A stretch of 64,000 nt of DNA from a virus. Its lineage: Duplodnaviria; Caudoviricetes. The position numbers were made by a program, and so were the translations under genes. The notes under the pieces were generated by a model. That model was not told where the DNA came from. It saw nothing but the letters and a program-made list of their open reading frames with translations, and made no database searches. Of this stretch, positions 60,267 to 64,000 are shown one piece after another. The stretch is taken from the IMG/VR virus record IMGVR_UViG_3300028833_000158, positions 1,274 through 65,273 of that record. The stretch is one strand, 5' to 3'. The stretch's first letter is position 1. The number at the start of each line of letters is the position of its first letter.

Positions 60267-63236
60267 ATGAATGAGTATGAAAGTTTCAAAGCTTATGAAG
60301 AGCTTGAAGAGGGTTTATATTTAGAGCATTACGGAACTCCTAGACATTCTGGTAGATATCCTTGGGGCTCGGGAAAAAATCCTTATCAGCACGACAGCGA
60401 AGACTGGTTAGCAAGAGTAGAAAAGCTTCGTTCAAGAAAAAATATGGATGATAAGCAGATTGCTCGAGAAATGGGATGTACGATTAACCAGTTAAGAGCT
60501 TGGGAATCAGTTGCTAAAAACGAAAGAAAGAATGCTCAGATCACTTGGTGTAAGAAACTTGCATCTGAAGGAAAATCAGTTGCAGAGATAGAGCAGATAA
60601 CTGGAATCAAAGACAGAACAGTAAGAAACTATCTTAACAGCAATAGAGATGTTAAACCTTTGCAGGCTCAGGCAACAGCTAAGTTCTTGGAAGAACAGGT
60701 TGATAAGAAAGGTTATATTGATATTGGTAAAGGTGTAGAGAAAGATATTGTAGCAGTTGATGGAACTCTTGGAATTACATCTAACAAGCTTAAAGAAGCT
60801 ATGGAAATAATGAAAAGAGATGGCTATGATATTTACACCAATCTTAAGGTTCCTCAAGCAACTAATCCAAAGAATATGACAACTCGAGTAGTTGCATGTA
60901 AGTTCCCTGAAGGAATGACAACTAACGAGAAATACAAAGAGCTGTATAAAGCAAGAGATAATGGTGATATTCAGTCTGTTGCCGAGTATCATTCAGATGA
61001 TGCTGGTCTTACATGGAATGCTCCTAAACCTCCTGTATCTATTGATTCAAATAGAATAAAAGTTGTTTATGCTGAAGATGGAGGAATTGAGAAAGATGGT
61101 GTCATCGAAATAAGAAGAGGCGTTGCAGACTTAAGTCTTGGTGATTCTCATTATGCTCAGGTTCGTATTGCTGTTGATGGAACTCATTATCTTAAAGGTA
61201 TGGCAGTTTATAGAGATGGCAAAGACATGCCTGATGGAGTTGATATTTTGTTTAACACCAACAAGCATAGTGACAAGAAGATGATCGATGGTGATAATGG
61301 TGTTCTTAAACCAATGAAAGAAGATCCAGCTCATAAAGGAAAGATAGATCAGAGTAATCCATTTGGAGCTGTTATTATGCGTGGTGGACAATCTGATTAT
61401 GAGGATCCTAAAACTGGTGAAGTTAAACAGTCTGCTATAAATAAGATACATGATCAGGGTGATTGGGGAGAATACTCTAAAGATCTTCCTGCTCAGTTCT
61501 TATCTAAACAGAACACAGATCTCATAAAGAAACAGCTTCAGTATTCTATTAATGACATGCGTAATGAGTTCAACGATATTATGGCGATCGATAATCCTAC
61601 GATTCGTAAATATTATTTGGACAAGTTTGCATCAAGTTGTGATTCAAAAGCCGTGCATCTTAAAGCTTCTGCTCTTCCTAGGCAGCAGTATCAGGTTATT
61701 CTTCCTGTTCCGTCACTTAAGGACAATGAGATCTATGCTCCTAATTACAGAGATGGAGAACAAGTAGCGTTGGTAAGGTTTCCTCATGGTGGAACATTTG
61801 AGATACCTATATTGACTGTTAATAATAAGAATCCAGAAGCTAAGAAGTTACTTGGCACTGATCCTTCTGATGCTGTCTGCATAAATAAGAATATTGCAGA
61901 TCGATTGTCAGGTGCAGACTTTGATGGAGATACAGCAATTGTCATACCAACAGGCAGAGGAAACAAGGTTAAGATAACTAACTCTGATCCTCTTAAAGGT
62001 CTTGTTGGTTATGATGCGAAAGAAGAATATGCAACTCATGTCGAAGAGAAGAATGGTAAGAAAGTATATGTCAATAAGAATGGCGTTGTAATAAAACCCA
62101 TGGATGAGAGGACAACTCAGATAGAAATGGGTAAAGTTACAAATCTTATTACAGATATGACTGTTGCTGGTGCTCCTCTTGATGACATTGCTAAAGCTGT
62201 TAGGCATTCTCAAACTGTAATCGATGCTAAGAAACACCATCTTGACTATAAACAATCAGAGATAGACAATGACATAGCATCATTAAAGGTTATGTATCAG
62301 AGAAGAATAGATGAGAATGGTGATCTTCACATTGGTGGTGCATCTACACTGTTGTCTAGAGCTAAGCATGAGAAAGCATATCCTGAAACCAAAGGTCAAG
62401 TACATTACAACCAGATAGGAAAGCCTTGGTATAATCCGGACCTTCCTGAAGGAGCATTAATACTTAAAGAATCTGGTAGAACATTCGAAGAGACTAAGCC
62501 TGTCAAGGATGCTGATGGTAATGTAATGTACTATGAGGATACTGGTAAGCCTATAAAGGCTAAGACTGGTAAGGTTAAGCTAGCCACAGTAGATAGACCC
62601 GAGATGGCTATGACTAATGATGCTCGTACCCTGTTGTCTGCTATAAGGAGCGAGCCGGAGCTACTATATGCGGACTATGCAAACCAACTTAAAGCATTAG
62701 CAAATGAGTCACGAAAGACAATCATGTACACAAAAGGTTTGCAGTACAATCCTTCAGCTAGGAAAGAGTATGCAGAAGAAGTAGCGTCCCTTAAGGAGAA
62801 GCTAGACAATGCCTATAGGCAGAAGCCTAAGGAGGCTAGAGCACAGAACATAGCCCTGGGTATAATCAATGAGAAGATTAAGGCAGACCCTAACCTTAGT
62901 AAGAAGGATGAGAAGAAGATTAGACAGTTAGCTATAGAAACAGCAAGGTCACAGGTGGGTGTTGATCGAAAAGATAGGGAAATCACACTCACAGATAGGG
63001 AATGGGCAGCAATACAAGCTGGTGCAATTAGTGATCATATACTTTCTGAGATACTAAACAATACAAATCCTGACAGTTTAAGAGAAAGAGCAACTCCTTC
63101 TAACAACAGAGCGTTGTCTGAATCTCAAATGGCAAGGATTCGTAACATGCATAATGGTTACTATACTATTGCAGAGATTGCTGATGCAATGGGTGTTTCT
63201 ACATCAACTGTTTCTAGAGTTTTGAAAGGAGCATAA
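60267..63236 (+). CDS. Putative single-subunit two-barrel (DFDGD) RNA polymerase with N- and C-terminal HTH domains
   Basis: QVR....YLKG (61158-61199), VRFPH (61776), LSGADFDGD (61911-61931); HTH-like segments at both ends; N-terminal YLEHYG tag. ATG 60267 fits the RBS better than TTG 60261. Confidence 0.75.
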   Translation: MNEYESFKAYEELEEGLYLEHYGTPRHSGRYPWGSGKNPYQHDSEDWLARVEKLRSRKNMDDKQIAREMGCTINQLRAWESVAKNERKNAQITWCKKLASEGKSVAEIEQITGIKDRTVRNYLNSNRDVKPLQAQATAKFLEEQVDKKGYIDIGKGVEKDIVAVDGTLGITSNKLKEAMEIMKRDGYDIYTNLKVPQATNPKNMTTRVVACKFPEGMTTNEKYKELYKARDNGDIQSVAEYHSDDAGLTWNAPKPPVSIDSNRIKVVYAEDGGIEKDGVIEIRRGVADLSLGDSHYAQVRIAVDGTHYLKGMAVYRDGKDMPDGVDILFNTNKHSDKKMIDGDNGVLKPMKEDPAHKGKIDQSNPFGAVIMRGGQSDYEDPKTGEVKQSAINKIHDQGDWGEYSKDLPAQFLSKQNTDLIKKQLQYSINDMRNEFNDIMAIDNPTIRKYYLDKFASSCDSKAVHLKASALPRQQYQVILPVPSLKDNEIYAPNYRDGEQVALVRFPHGGTFEIPILTVNNKNPEAKKLLGTDPSDAVCINKNIADRLSGADFDGDTAIVIPTGRGNKVKITNSDPLKGLVGYDAKEEYATHVEEKNGKKVYVNKNGVVIKPMDERTTQIEMGKVTNLITDMTVAGAPLDDIAKAVRHSQTVIDAKKHHLDYKQSEIDNDIASLKVMYQRRIDENGDLHIGGASTLLSRAKHEKAYPETKGQVHYNQIGKPWYNPDLPEGALILKESGRTFEETKPVKDADGNVMYYEDTGKPIKAKTGKVKLATVDRPEMAMTNDARTLLSAIRSEPELLYADYANQLKALANESRKTIMYTKGLQYNPSARKEYAEEVASLKEKLDNAYRQKPKEARAQNIALGIINEKIKADPNLSKKDEKKIRQLAIETARSQVGVDRKDREITLTDREWAAIQAGAISDHILSEILNNTNPDSLRERATPSNNRALSESQMARIRNMHNGYYTIAEIADAMGVSTSTVSRVLKGA

Positions 63237-63246
63237 GAATAATATT

Positions 63247-63516
63247 ATGGGACAAATAATTAAATCTATGCTCACAACAGTTGACAATCCTTACAATCCA
63301 TTCAATAACTTTGATGATTGGTATCGTTTTGACAAAGACAATCATCACGATAGTTGTGAGCGACTTGCTGAAATTCTTCCTGATCTTGATGATGCAAATG
63401 AAGTTGAAGCAATTAAAATGACAGAATCAGCTATTAATTACATTGTTGAAAATGATTTACTTGGTGAGTTCACAAAAGTTCAGAAAGTTTGTGAAATAGA
63501 TGACGGAACTGAATAG
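63247..63516 (+). CDS. Conserved hypothetical protein
   Basis: MLTT.DNPYNPF..FDDWY.FD....H..C..LA pattern. Confidence 0.75.
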   Translation: MGQIIKSMLTTVDNPYNPFNNFDDWYRFDKDNHHDSCERLAEILPDLDDANEVEAIKMTESAINYIVENDLLGEFTKVQKVCEIDDGTE

Positions 63517-63548
63517 TTTTTTCATGTTTCTATTCAGTTTTGTTATTT
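63507..63548 (+). terminator. Intrinsic terminator
   Basis: Perfect AACTGAATAG/CTATTCAGTT stem followed by T-rich tract. Confidence 0.7.
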
Positions 63549-63943
63549 CTATTTGTTCATTCAGGCATTAAAGACCTATAGGGAGTAATATTACCGTCAC
63601 TGTAACCTTAACAACCTAAACCCCTCTAAGCGCGCACTAACTCTTGTTTAGGCCTTTAATGTTCTGATTGAACGTAATTGTTTAGTATCTATTGCTTTGG
63701 TTAATAATCATTTAAAAGAATTGTGAAGAATAAATCTTAATCTTTGTAGTAAATGTTTTTTTAATTAAATTTAAAAAGATTTTACTTTAAAACAAATGTA
63801 AACTTGTTGACGAGATTCTTTTGTTAAGTTTTATGTTAGTTTTTGTTTAAAAGTTTTTGAAATCTTTTAAGTTTAATTCATTCTCTGTTTGTTTTTTGCT
63901 TTTTAAAGCGTCAAGGATGGCGTCATAGAGGTATTTTTCAATT

Positions 63944-64000
63944 TGCTACCCTATTTTTAGGTATAGGGGGGGTCTAAAAAATCAGCCCCCCACCCGAAAT
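63944..64000. other. G-tract/C-tract hairpins, probable genome-end/packaging region
   Basis: CCCTAT..ATAGGG and GGGGGG..CCCCCCC stems at the end of a gene-free AT-rich tail. Confidence 0.4.

Noticed and set aside
1-64000. Diversity-generating retroelement, integrase/lysogeny module, introns/inteins, alternative genetic code
   Set aside because: No reverse transcriptase, recombinase or repressor motifs were recognised; terL, polymerase and helicase are uninterrupted; long ORFs are intact under code 11. Such elements could lie outside the window.

Overview
The window is most of an AT-rich, long-tailed siphovirus-type phage genome, probably infecting a Bacillota/Clostridia host (AAAGGAG-type RBS, Amidase_2 endolysin, Dp-1-type holin, SleB-like hydrolase). 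All credible genes are on the + strand. About 1-33.2 kb holds the virion, packaging and lysis genes in a scrambled order: tail tube gene before portal/capsid, a 2890-aa tape measure, terminase after the tail fibres, and a cryptic low-complexity/peptidase-like module interleaved with the fibre genes. About 33.3-44 kb is an array of mini-cassettes, each made of a conserved fixed-spacing upstream motif, a tiny ORF or an ORF-less structured RNA, and a hairpin terminator. About 45-60 kb is replication: a helicase-primase-PolB fusion, SSB-like protein, SF2 helicase, nucleases, an iteron-like AT-rich origin and an oversized tRNA-like element. At 60.3-63.2 kb is a 990-aa protein with two-barrel (DFDGD) RNA polymerase motifs flanked by HTH domains. 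The most interesting candidate system combines three parts: (i) a single-subunit DFDGD RNA polymerase; (ii) at least 23 non-sigma70 promoter-like motifs with invariant 21-nt spacing; (iii) a (Y/F)LEH(H/Y)G tag shared by the polymerase and three head-module proteins, one of which carries a papain-like toxin domain. Together these suggest virion-packaged, co-injected effectors. No integrase, CRISPR array or reverse transcriptase was seen. Family names come from motif recognition by eye, not database searches.
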